The notes under the pieces were generated by a model that did no database searches, was not told where the DNA came from, and saw only the letters and a program-made list of their open reading frames with translations. Both the position numbers and the translations under genes were made by a program. This document shows positions 29,143-38,301 of a stretch of 55,248 nt of DNA, one piece after another (the first letter of the stretch is position 1; the number at the start of each line of letters is the position of its first letter). The stretch is from a virus (taxonomy: Duplodnaviria > Caudoviricetes): the IMG/VR virus record IMGVR_UViG_3300032083_002429, positions 1 to 55,248 of that record. One strand, given 5' to 3'.

Positions 29143-29793
29143 ATGAGTACATTCACACAGTATCTTACAGAAGCGGCCAAGTCATATGATTACAAAATCA
29201 AGGTGGCAGGCAATATTGATAAAGACTTCGCATCTAGAATGGAAACAGCATTAGCAAAATTTGAAGTGGCTAAGATGTCAGCGGGCAAGAAAACCCCTAT
29301 CATGACACTGCCGTTGGACTTCCCGATGTTATCAAATGAATCAGTTACAATTTACGATGTTACAACAAACTATCCAGCTTCATCAAATGTCATGAAGGAA
29401 TACCTTTCAGACATTTTAAGAGTTCCGGCAACACACATTGTTGTCAGGAAACCGGGTGAGCCCACAGAGGAATATCAAGACGCTATGCAGGTAGCGAAAA
29501 AATCAGACTTTGCAAATAAAGTAGCAGACGTTGAACAAAAATTCCAAGACAACGCACCAAATGGAAGAGGAAAAGCAGATGATTTATCTGGTGACAAGTA
29601 CAACATGAGTTTGATGAGAGAATTACTTAAAGACAAAGAAGACAGATACCATATTACAAAAGGCACTGACAACAAAGTTGGAAAGGTCATGCCAAGTGAA
29701 GATGATAAAAAAGCAGGTTCTCCAGTACACCCTGGACCAGGACCAGTAAAAGGAAATCCACACCCAGCAACACTACAAGGTTTCAAACAATAA
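29143..29793 (+). CDS. Putative head-internal protein with a capsid-targeting-like N-terminus
   Basis: MSTFTQYLTE resembles the T4 capsid-targeting sequence MKTYQEFIAE; TAAATA at 29131-29136. Confidence 0.65.
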   Translation: MSTFTQYLTEAAKSYDYKIKVAGNIDKDFASRMETALAKFEVAKMSAGKKTPIMTLPLDFPMLSNESVTIYDVTTNYPASSNVMKEYLSDILRVPATHIVVRKPGEPTEEYQDAMQVAKKSDFANKVADVEQKFQDNAPNGRGKADDLSGDKYNMSLMRELLKDKEDRYHITKGTDNKVGKVMPSEDDKKAGSPVHPGPGPVKGNPHPATLQGFKQ

Positions 29794-29804
29794 GGATATA
29801 AGTT

Positions 29805-30986
29805 ATGGAAATGATCGACGTATTAAAAAAATTAGAAGAAATTGCACAGACTAGACCAGAACTAGTTGCAGATGCGGTGGACAATGTTTCAAGAACTAAT
29901 CCTGCAGAAGTACAAGACAATGCAGTACAAACTGAAAGAGTTGGCGGAATGTCAGACGTACACATAGGTGCACAAGAAGTTGTAGGCGAATACGCGGACG
30001 AAGATGGCAACTTGAAAATGCCAAAACAAGACGTGTTAAGAGCGATGGCGGCTGAAAAAGAAAAAGCAAGTTTTCCTAGATCATACGAGATCGAAACTGC
30101 AATGGCGATGGTCAATGACAAATTTGGCAATGACGGCATAGCAAAAGACGACATGGACATGAGTTCAGAGCAACCAGCACAAGAGCCAGAAGCACTAGAA
30201 GGCAATGCATTTGCACAGGCAGTACAACAAGCCAAAGCGGCAGGCATGAAAAAAGGCGACAAGTTCAAAGTCGGTGACGAAGAACATACATTAAGAGACA
30301 GCGATTTTGAAGGGGAGAGCACAAGAGATATGACTACAGAAAAAACAGAAGGTAAAATACCAGCAGGCTTAAAAGCATACCAAGATAAAAAAGCAGGCAA
30401 AAAAGAAACTGTAAAAGAATCAATACAGATTTCAACAGATTCACCACAGGAAGCAGGCATGATGATGCAACTTCTAAAACTAGCAGGTTTACAAACAGTC
30501 GATCAAGCAATGATCAGCCAGGAACCCGAGCATGGTTCAGACATGGATCCAGGTGCGTTGAACAAGCAAATGGATGTTCCAGGTGATGATGCAATGGGCA
30601 GTATGCAGATGGCTAAAATGAGAGACATGATGACTGCACCAGCAGAAGAGAAAGCAGAAGAAACATTTGCGAATTCAATGGGTGACGAGAAAGAAGAACC
30701 AAAATATCAAGACACAGACACATTGGTAAACACTATGTCAGGTGGTATGAACAGACAAAAGAAAACTTATCCAAAAGTTGCTAGTGGAGATAATCCAATG
30801 GCGGCGGAAGACACAGTAACAGCTGAAAGTTTAGCAAACAGTTTGAGAGAACAGTACGAAACGTTCAAAGAAACTTACATAAAAGTTGCTGAAACAAAAG
30901 TGAAACCTGACTTCTTAGACATGGACAAAGATGGCAACAAGAAAGAACCAATGAAGAAAGCCATCAAAGACAAAGAAGCAAAGTAA
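29805..30986 (+). CDS. Acidic, modular putative head-core protein
   Basis: E/D/M-rich; LLKLAGL motif; C-terminal DFLDMDKDGN (DxDxDG). Confidence 0.7.
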   Translation: MEMIDVLKKLEEIAQTRPELVADAVDNVSRTNPAEVQDNAVQTERVGGMSDVHIGAQEVVGEYADEDGNLKMPKQDVLRAMAAEKEKASFPRSYEIETAMAMVNDKFGNDGIAKDDMDMSSEQPAQEPEALEGNAFAQAVQQAKAAGMKKGDKFKVGDEEHTLRDSDFEGESTRDMTTEKTEGKIPAGLKAYQDKKAGKKETVKESIQISTDSPQEAGMMMQLLKLAGLQTVDQAMISQEPEHGSDMDPGALNKQMDVPGDDAMGSMQMAKMRDMMTAPAEEKAEETFANSMGDEKEEPKYQDTDTLVNTMSGGMNRQKKTYPKVASGDNPMAAEDTVTAESLANSLREQYETFKETYIKVAETKVKPDFLDMDKDGNKKEPMKKAIKDKEAK

Positions 30987-31025
30987 TACTTTTCCGGACA
31001 CCCCAACAGCGTTAAATACTACATC

Positions 31026-32618
31026 ATGGCGTATGTATCACTAGATAGCGACCAAATTAAAAAGGCGCACAAGAAACACAAATATTCTAAAACTCAGGTA
31101 GAGCAACTAGAGAAGTGCATGGATGAAAAATCAGGTCCACTGTACTTTATGAAGTCGTTCATGAAGATACAACATCCTGTCAAGGGATCAATCCCTTTCC
31201 ACCCGTTCCCATACCAGGAGAGACTGATATCAAGTTACAACGACCATAGATTTTCAATTGCCATGTTACCCAGACAGACCGGTAAGACTACATGTGCATC
31301 AGGTTTCCTTATTTGGTATGCCATGTTTAGACCAGATTCACAGATACTGATCGCGGCACACAAATACGCAGGTGCATCAGACATAATGTCAAGGGTACGT
31401 TATGCATATGAGATGTTGCCCAGCTGGATCAAGGCAGGTGTGACCCAGTACAACAGGAACAGTATAGAATTTGACAATGGCTCAAAGATCATGGCAACCA
31501 CAACAACTGAGAACACAGGACGGGGTATGTCACTTACACTAGTTTATTGTGATGAGTTTGCATTCGTGCAACCACCTGAGAAGGCCAAAGAGTTTTGGAC
31601 ATCACTATCACCCACACTATCAACTGGTGGTAAGTGCATGATCACTTCTACCCCTAACTCAGATGAAGATCAGTTTGCATTAATTTGGAAAGAAGCCAAC
31701 AAAAGATTTGATGAATACGGCAATGATCAAGAAGTAGGAACCAATGGGTTCTATGCCATGAAAGCACACTGGTCAGAACACCCAGACAGGGATCAGGAAT
31801 GGGCCGATGCAGAGAAGGCCAGGATCGGAGATGAGAGATTTAGGAGGGAGCATGAATGTGAATTCTTGATCTACGATGAGACACTTATCAGTTCCACCCA
31901 TCTAATAGACATGGAAGCACAAGCCCCGGTCGAGGTCACTGGACAGGTACGTTGGTTTAAACGACCCACACCCGGAATGACTTACATGGTATCACTGGAT
32001 CCTGCTATGGGAACAGGCGGAGACTATGCCGCGATACAGGTATTCGAACTGCCAACATTTGAACAAGTAGCAGAATGGCATCACAACACAACACCTATGA
32101 ATCAGCAAGTTAGAATACTACAAAGTATTACCAAACACATTCATGATACAATAATGGAAAAAGATCAATCAGCATCACCGCAAATATTCTATTCTATGGA
32201 AAACAACTCTATAGGTGAAGCGGCATTGTTGAGAGTTATGGATATCGGTGAAGAGAATATTCCGGGCATGTTCCTGTCTGAACCTATCAGGAAAGGACAC
32301 AGGAGGAAGTTCAGGAGAGGATTCAACACAACTGCTAAACACAAAATAGACGCCTGTACTAAATTCAAAGAACTAGTAGAGAACAACAAAATGAAAATTA
32401 ACTCACAATTACTGCTATCAGAACTGAAGGACTTCGTTGCTTCGGGCATGAGTTTCAAAGCCAAAGCCGGACAACACGACGATTTAGTCAGTGCTTGTTT
32501 GTTAATGACACGTATGATTAAGACATTGGCTGATTTTGACCCTAAAATATTTGAAAAATGGACTGACAGAACATCAGAGCTCAAACCAATGCCTGTGTTT
32601 GGCTCTTTCTATGGCTAA
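31026..32618 (+). CDS. gp17: Terminase large subunit
   Basis: Walker A PRQTGKTT, Walker B LVYCDEFAF, ITSTP, nuclease SLDP and HDDLV; uninterrupted. Confidence 0.95.
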   Translation: MAYVSLDSDQIKKAHKKHKYSKTQVEQLEKCMDEKSGPLYFMKSFMKIQHPVKGSIPFHPFPYQERLISSYNDHRFSIAMLPRQTGKTTCASGFLIWYAMFRPDSQILIAAHKYAGASDIMSRVRYAYEMLPSWIKAGVTQYNRNSIEFDNGSKIMATTTTENTGRGMSLTLVYCDEFAFVQPPEKAKEFWTSLSPTLSTGGKCMITSTPNSDEDQFALIWKEANKRFDEYGNDQEVGTNGFYAMKAHWSEHPDRDQEWADAEKARIGDERFRREHECEFLIYDETLISSTHLIDMEAQAPVEVTGQVRWFKRPTPGMTYMVSLDPAMGTGGDYAAIQVFELPTFEQVAEWHHNTTPMNQQVRILQSITKHIHDTIMEKDQSASPQIFYSMENNSIGEAALLRVMDIGEENIPGMFLSEPIRKGHRRKFRRGFNTTAKHKIDACTKFKELVENNKMKINSQLLLSELKDFVASGMSFKAKAGQHDDLVSACLLMTRMIKTLADFDPKIFEKWTDRTSELKPMPVFGSFYG

Positions 32619-32640
32619 CAAACAAACTAAATAATGCTAC

Positions 32641-35199
32641 ATGAACCCAAAAAATTCGCAAGACCTATTCAATAAGATCAGATCACAGTTCTCAAACATC
32701 AGATTAGGTGACGAGAATGGTGCCGCAACAGCAGAGCCGGCCAGTGCTGTGTTCTTTGAATTTGAGTTCAAAGAGGACTCCGACACGTTTGGCTCTATTA
32801 GTGTATCCATAGCAGACGGTGAAACAATGAAAGTATTCTACAACAGGAATCTAGTGGACAAGATTGACGAGGACAGCAAGGGCGAGTGGTTTGCGTTCCT
32901 CAAGGAACTGAAAGACTTCGCAGTAGAACATCAATTGAGATTTGATGTGCGTGATATAACCAAATCGAACCTAACGAAGCAGGACTATGAAAATCTTGCA
33001 GATACGAATAAAACGGTAAATACTGATGAAATGTCAGAAGAACTAAACAGGATCACTAAACTAGCAGGTGTTGATAAGGCACCAGTAGCAGAAGGCTTAT
33101 CAGGCACTTCAAAAAGCTCATTCGAGAACCTAAACAAAACAAAATTAATAATCAGACACAAAGGCAAAGTTGACGAGACTGTGCCAGGTGCGAGATCAAG
33201 ACAGATACAATCACTGTACATAGAGAACGAAGACGGTGAGAGATTCAAATATCCACTGACTCATCTAGCAGGTGCGAGGGCCATGCAGAGACACGTGTCA
33301 AATGGCGGAAGACCACATGATGAATTCGGTGAACACATTGTTAGAACATCAGAAGACATAGCCAAACTGAATTCATTCTCGAGATATGCCTCTAACAAAG
33401 ATCAGTTGAACGACAACGCAGGTGACATCATTGAACAGACCAAATTGAAACTGGAGAACCTAAGAGGTTACATGAGGAACATATCAAAACAGGCACATTA
33501 CGAAGCGGCCGCGAAAGATTTCAAAACGGCAGAAGATCAAATACTGGACGACGAGACAGTGAACAAATTGAGAGAGAAGTTCACGATGAAAAACCTAGAC
33601 AGCAGGGTTGAAGACGCTTTTCCAATCATAAACAAAATAATGAGTGAATTCGAAGCAACCAAAGACCAAGAACAAGTGAACGAACTAGACTTAAAAGATT
33701 TAAAACCAAAAGCAAGTGACGTTATCACCTATGGCAAGGGTGGAAGTTTAAAACATATACAAATAGAATACGAAATACTTGGTACATTGGAAAATATGCT
33801 AATTGATAATTCAGAACAAGAAGTTCTAAAAAGAATTGCAGATTTTGTAACAGACGAAGTAGGTGAAGAGCATGTTGGCAAAGCAATGGAAATAATCCAA
33901 AAGGCAAAAGAAAATAAAGACGAGGAAATGACATTCGACGACATGATACAACAACTAAAAGGCAAAAAAGAGGATCAAGTGAACGAACTGGATCCAGGTG
34001 ATGAGCCGATCGACGCACCAATACAGGCACCAGTTGATCACGGTGCGGTGGTACAGAGTTTCTTGACTGATCCAGAAAACAAATTAGTACTAAGAAAAGA
34101 TGATTCAGCAGACAAGATGTTGAAAGTAACAAAATTCAAAGACAAGAACACAATGCTGGGATCAATACTTTCAGACATAGCAAGTAGATTGCTTACCAAA
34201 TCAGGTGAAGAAGACAGAGTGGCAAACTTCGCTTCTAGAGTAGCAGATGGAATAGAGCAAGAAGGTTCGAACTCATTCAAGCCAGGACCAGACTACAACA
34301 GCAACAAGAAAATCGCTGTGCAGTTGGCAAAGAGATACATCGACGACTACAAGAAGATGCAACAAGATCCAGCATACGCAGACGAAGTGAGGATGGATCC
34401 AGCAGATTTCAATCCCAAGAAAGACATCAAGGGAAAAGCGATAGGCAAAGAAACAGAAGCGTTTGAATCATGGGTTGACGAAACTGTGAACGAATACGCA
34501 ACAGCACCAAAGGATCCTGAATTAGAGAAAAAAGACAAAGAGAACGCTACAAAACTTGATGTGACGAAAGCGGACAAGATGATGAACACGACCGCATACA
34601 AAAAAATGAAGTCAGGTGATGACAGATACACAGACAAGACAGAAGGCATGGGTGGCGTGAATGAAAATCCAGAAACAGATTACGAGGGTTCAATGGACTA
34701 TGAACTGTCAGGTGATGACGGAGAGATGGCATACGGTACAATACACTACAAAGCAATCAACGGTGTGGTTGATCCAAACTCACTGCAAGGCAGTTATGAA
34801 TACGATGGCAACCATAAAATTGACAATGACATAGCAGATGAAATGATCAAGCCGGGTGGGGAAGAGCATGAAGAAGCACTCAAAGCCGCTCAAGAAGACT
34901 ATGATTACGAAGCAGGACGTATGAAATCAAAATTTGAGGGCAACCAACTGGAAGGCCTGACTTTCGAGGACATCAAGCCTTACGTTTCAATGTACAAGGA
35001 CAAGGATGGCAAGATAGTGAACGCCGTGCTAGACAAGGACGGTAAGGAAGTTTTCAAGACACATGACGGGAAAGCGGCAATGGCATACCTATCACAGAAC
35101 TACGACAAACTTAAAAGAGAAGACAGCGAAGTGCAAGACGAAGCTGAAGAGATCAACACAGAACTAGACAGAATCAAACACCTGGCTAACATCCAATAA
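32641..35199 (+). CDS. Large modular putative head-associated protein
   Basis: 852 aa; RITKLAGV and C-terminal RIKHLANI; several VNE/VAE/xEG sites; TAAATA 7 nt upstream. Confidence 0.75.
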   Translation: MNPKNSQDLFNKIRSQFSNIRLGDENGAATAEPASAVFFEFEFKEDSDTFGSISVSIADGETMKVFYNRNLVDKIDEDSKGEWFAFLKELKDFAVEHQLRFDVRDITKSNLTKQDYENLADTNKTVNTDEMSEELNRITKLAGVDKAPVAEGLSGTSKSSFENLNKTKLIIRHKGKVDETVPGARSRQIQSLYIENEDGERFKYPLTHLAGARAMQRHVSNGGRPHDEFGEHIVRTSEDIAKLNSFSRYASNKDQLNDNAGDIIEQTKLKLENLRGYMRNISKQAHYEAAAKDFKTAEDQILDDETVNKLREKFTMKNLDSRVEDAFPIINKIMSEFEATKDQEQVNELDLKDLKPKASDVITYGKGGSLKHIQIEYEILGTLENMLIDNSEQEVLKRIADFVTDEVGEEHVGKAMEIIQKAKENKDEEMTFDDMIQQLKGKKEDQVNELDPGDEPIDAPIQAPVDHGAVVQSFLTDPENKLVLRKDDSADKMLKVTKFKDKNTMLGSILSDIASRLLTKSGEEDRVANFASRVADGIEQEGSNSFKPGPDYNSNKKIAVQLAKRYIDDYKKMQQDPAYADEVRMDPADFNPKKDIKGKAIGKETEAFESWVDETVNEYATAPKDPELEKKDKENATKLDVTKADKMMNTTAYKKMKSGDDRYTDKTEGMGGVNENPETDYEGSMDYELSGDDGEMAYGTIHYKAINGVVDPNSLQGSYEYDGNHKIDNDIADEMIKPGGEEHEEALKAAQEDYDYEAGRMKSKFEGNQLEGLTFEDIKPYVSMYKDKDGKIVNAVLDKDGKEVFKTHDGKAAMAYLSQNYDKLKREDSEVQDEAEEINTELDRIKHLANIQ
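33673..33989 (+). repeat. 14-bp direct repeat bounding a 303-bp in-frame segment
   Basis: CAAGTGAACGAACT at 33673-33686 and 33976-33989; both encode QVNEL. Confidence 0.85.
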
Positions 35200-35228
35200 T
35201 AAAACCTCCATATTACCAATAATAACAG

Positions 35229-35330
35229 TAGACAACTGATAAATAAGTGTGTATATTATGTACTATATGTCTAATATACACTTAGGCAACTTAAAACTAA
35301 CAAACATAGGCACACAAGGAGGCTTACATT
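35229..35330 (+). promoter_or_regulatory. gp32 promoter and leader region
   Basis: TAGACA-17-TATATT, TAAATA at 35240-35245, inverted repeat GTGTATATTA/TAATATACAC, A-rich stretch, SD AAGGAGG. Confidence 0.55.
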
Positions 35331-36317
35331 ATGGCATCATTAGCTGAAATAAGGGCGAAGTTAAAATCTCAAGAAGTGAATCGCTCCACTTCCAACACAG
35401 GCGGAGACAACGCCATTTATCCACATTGGAACATAGCAGAAGGATCAGAAGCAGTAATCAGATTCTTACCCGATAAGGATACAACAAATACATTTTTCTG
35501 GACTGAGAGAAACATGATCAAATTACCTTTCGCGGGTATTAAGGGTCAGACTGATTCCAGACCAGTGCAGGTACAAGTACCATGCATGGAGATGTATGGC
35601 AAGACTTGCCCAGTACTGACGGAAGTTCGACCATGGTTCAAAGACAAGAGCATGGAAGACATGGGTAGAAAATATTGGAAAAAGAAAAGTTATATTTTCC
35701 AAGGTTTTGTTACAACAAACCCGTTGGCCGAAGACTCAACACCTGAGAATCCAATCAGAAGATTCATCATTGGACCTCAGATCTTTAACATCATTAGAAG
35801 TGCATTACTGGATCCAGAGATGGAAGAGATGCCTACTGATTACGTAAAAGGTGTTGACTTCAGAATCAACAAGACAACCAAAGGTGGTTATGCTGACTAC
35901 TCAACGTCAAAATGGTCAAGAAGAGAAAGAGCTCTGGACGAAGCAGAGAGAGCCGCAGTAGAAACACACGGGTTACACAACCTAGGTGACTTCAGACCAA
36001 AAGAGCCAACAGAAGCAGAAGTAAAAATAATCAAGGAGTTATTTGAGAAATCTGTAGAAGGTGAAGCTTTTGATCTTGAACAGTATGGTCAGTATTACAG
36101 ACCCGCGGGAATGGCTTACCAAGCTAAACCTCAAGTGTCTGTACCAACAGCGAGTCCAGTAACTGAAACTGCAACTGCACCAGCGGTAGCACCAGCGACT
36201 GAATCTGCACCAGCACCACAACCAGAGGCGGCACCAGCAGTGGTGGCACCAGCGGGTGACAGTGCCAAGAGAGCAGAGGACATCCTGAAGCTGATCAGAT
36301 CAAGACAAGCAAAATAA
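35331..36317 (+). CDS. gp32: ssDNA-binding protein
   Basis: AVIRFLP, C-x6-CPV zinc site, GVDFRI.K..KGGYADYSTSKW. Confidence 0.9.
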   Translation: MASLAEIRAKLKSQEVNRSTSNTGGDNAIYPHWNIAEGSEAVIRFLPDKDTTNTFFWTERNMIKLPFAGIKGQTDSRPVQVQVPCMEMYGKTCPVLTEVRPWFKDKSMEDMGRKYWKKKSYIFQGFVTTNPLAEDSTPENPIRRFIIGPQIFNIIRSALLDPEMEEMPTDYVKGVDFRINKTTKGGYADYSTSKWSRRERALDEAERAAVETHGLHNLGDFRPKEPTEAEVKIIKELFEKSVEGEAFDLEQYGQYYRPAGMAYQAKPQVSVPTASPVTETATAPAVAPATESAPAPQPEAAPAVVAPAGDSAKRAEDILKLIRSRQAK

Positions 36318-36327
36318 TCTGACATTT

Positions 36328-36372
36328 TACCAAGGCCCTGACATTGACGTTAGGGCCTAGGTATGTTAATAT
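36328..36372 (+). promoter_or_regulatory. Hairpin overlapping a sigma70-like promoter
   Basis: AGGCCCTGAC-ATTGAC-GTTAGGGCCT; TTGACG (36344-36349)-17-TAATAT. Confidence 0.5.
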
Positions 36373-36378
36373 ATTAAT

Positions 36379-36477
36379 ATGAAAAAGAAAATACAAATGG
36401 CTGTTAATTGGATCTTGTACAAGCAAATACCTGCATGGGTGTTGATAGTGGCAATTATCCTTTGGATGGTATTATAA
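36379..36477 (+). CDS. 32-aa single-pass membrane peptide (below the ORF-track cutoff)
   Basis: MKKKIQMAVNWILYKQIPAWVLIVAIILWMVL; fills the gp32-uvsX gap. Confidence 0.6.
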   Translation: MKKKIQMAVNWILYKQIPAWVLIVAIILWMVL

Positions 36478-36487
36478 GGAAAACAAA

Positions 36488-37606
36488 ATGACAAAAGTAT
36501 TTGACGCAACTAAATTCAGAAAGAACATCACGAAATCAATCCAAGGACTGGGTGTAGGATTCAGCGATCCCACTGATTGGATATCAACAGGAAATTACGC
36601 ATTGAACTATTTGATGACTGGTGATTTCAATAAGGGAATTCCACTAGGTAAGGTTACTGTGTTCGCAGGAGAATCTGGAGCAGGTAAATCATACATAGCA
36701 TCAGGAAACATTATCAAGAATGCACAGGAGCAAGGTATATTTGTTATACTTGTTGACACAGAGAATGCATTGGATGAGAAATGGTTACAAGCATTGAAAG
36801 TAGACACATCAGAAGATAAACTTCTAAAATTAAGTATATCAATGATTGATGATGTAGCTAAAACTATTTCAGAGTTCATGAAAGGTTACAAAGAAGCACA
36901 CTCCGAAGACAAAGAAGGTGCCCCAAAAGTATTATTTGTTGTTGACTCATTAGGTATGATGCTTACACCAACAGATGTTAATCAATTCGAAGCAGGTGAC
37001 ATGAAAGGTGACCTAGGTAGAAAACCCAAGGCATTAACAGCACTTGTAAGAAACTGTGTTAACATGTTTGGTTCATGGAACGTGGGACTTGTAGCAACCA
37101 ACCATACATATGCATCACAGGATATGTTTGATCCAGATGATAAGATATCAGGTGGACAAGGATTTATCTATGCAAGTTCAATTGTGGTTGCAATGAAAAA
37201 ACTTAAATTAAAAGAAGATCTTGATGGTAACAAAGTCACAGATGTGAGAGGTATTAGAGCGGCTTGTAAAGTTATGAAGACAAGATATGCTAAACCGTTC
37301 GAAGGTGTACAGGTCAAGATTCCATACGAAACAGGAATGAATCCGTACAGTGGACTTGTGGACTTGTTTGAGAAGAAAGGTATACTTGTACAAACAGGAA
37401 ACAGACTAAAATACATCGATAAAGCAGGCAAAGAACACATTGACTTTAGAAAACAATGGATTGGTGATAAATTAGATATGCTAATGGCAGACTTCGAAGA
37501 AGATACAGACTTTGCTGATAAAGAAGTTATAGACGTACCTGAAGTAGTTGAAACAAAGCCAAAAGCAAAAACTAAAAAAGCAGAACCAATTATAGAGAAG
37601 GAATAG
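36488..37606 (+). CDS. uvsX: RecA-like recombinase
   Basis: Walker A AGESGAGKS, VDTENA, VVDSLG, TNHTY, ISGG. Confidence 0.95.
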   Translation: MTKVFDATKFRKNITKSIQGLGVGFSDPTDWISTGNYALNYLMTGDFNKGIPLGKVTVFAGESGAGKSYIASGNIIKNAQEQGIFVILVDTENALDEKWLQALKVDTSEDKLLKLSISMIDDVAKTISEFMKGYKEAHSEDKEGAPKVLFVVDSLGMMLTPTDVNQFEAGDMKGDLGRKPKALTALVRNCVNMFGSWNVGLVATNHTYASQDMFDPDDKISGGQGFIYASSIVVAMKKLKLKEDLDGNKVTDVRGIRAACKVMKTRYAKPFEGVQVKIPYETGMNPYSGLVDLFEKKGILVQTGNRLKYIDKAGKEHIDFRKQWIGDKLDMLMADFEEDTDFADKEVIDVPEVVETKPKAKTKKAEPIIEKE

Positions 37607-37843
37607 ATGATAGACTTTACACACGAAGACATCGAACGTTTGTGGAACTCAATTATACATTACGTCCCGGAGAGACAAAAATTGGACATGGCGATTGATT
37701 TCATTAAGAGTTTAGAAGACATCGGTGTAGAGCATGATGAGATAAAAGCATCTGCAGAATATGATCCAAAACTTGAAGAAGCTGTTAACACTGTGTTCGA
37801 GGAAGATGAAGTAGACGAAGATGGATATAGCGAGGATGAATGA
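37607..37843 (+). CDS. Acidic hypothetical protein
   Basis: 78-aa ORF abutting uvsX and overlapping uvsY. Confidence 0.75.
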   Translation: MIDFTHEDIERLWNSIIHYVPERQKLDMAIDFIKSLEDIGVEHDEIKASAEYDPKLEEAVNTVFEEDEVDEDGYSEDE

Positions 37844-38301
37844 TAAACTGGTACAACGAAGTAAGTAGAAACCTATCTAAGATACCCGACTGCGTAGCAT
37901 ACTACGACGCCGAACTACTAGAAGCAAAGAAACAATGCAAAGTATACGGCAATCTAGAACGTGCCAGTGCATCGTTGCCCGGCATAGTTGAAGAAAGATT
38001 CAGCCAACTGCAACACCTTGAAGCAATACTAGAATACCTGAACATAGAGCTGAGAAGATTAAGATCAAAGACCTTCAGAAAATTCCTAGAGAACTACAAT
38101 AAACTATTAAGCAGTAGAGATGCAGAGAAATATGTTGATGGCGAAGACGACGTTGTTGACATGACTAAAATTATAAACGACTTCGCATTAATCCGTAATC
38201 AATGGTTAGGAATAACCAAAGGGTTAGATCAAAAACAATGGCAGATCACAAACATTGTTAAGTTGAGGGTGGCAGGGATGGAAGATGCCGATATTGGCTA
38301 G
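37840..38301 (+). CDS. uvsY: Recombination mediator
   Basis: Helical; LSSRDAEKYVDG, KGLDQKQWQITNIVKLR; follows uvsX. Confidence 0.8.
   Translation: MINWYNEVSRNLSKIPDCVAYYDAELLEAKKQCKVYGNLERASASLPGIVEERFSQLQHLEAILEYLNIELRRLRSKTFRKFLENYNKLLSSRDAEKYVDGEDDVVDMTKIINDFALIRNQWLGITKGLDQKQWQITNIVKLRVAGMEDADIG

Noticed and set aside
31026-32618. Intein or intron in the terminase (also considered for uvsX and gp23)
   Set aside because: The ORFs are continuous, of ordinary length and lack splicing motifs
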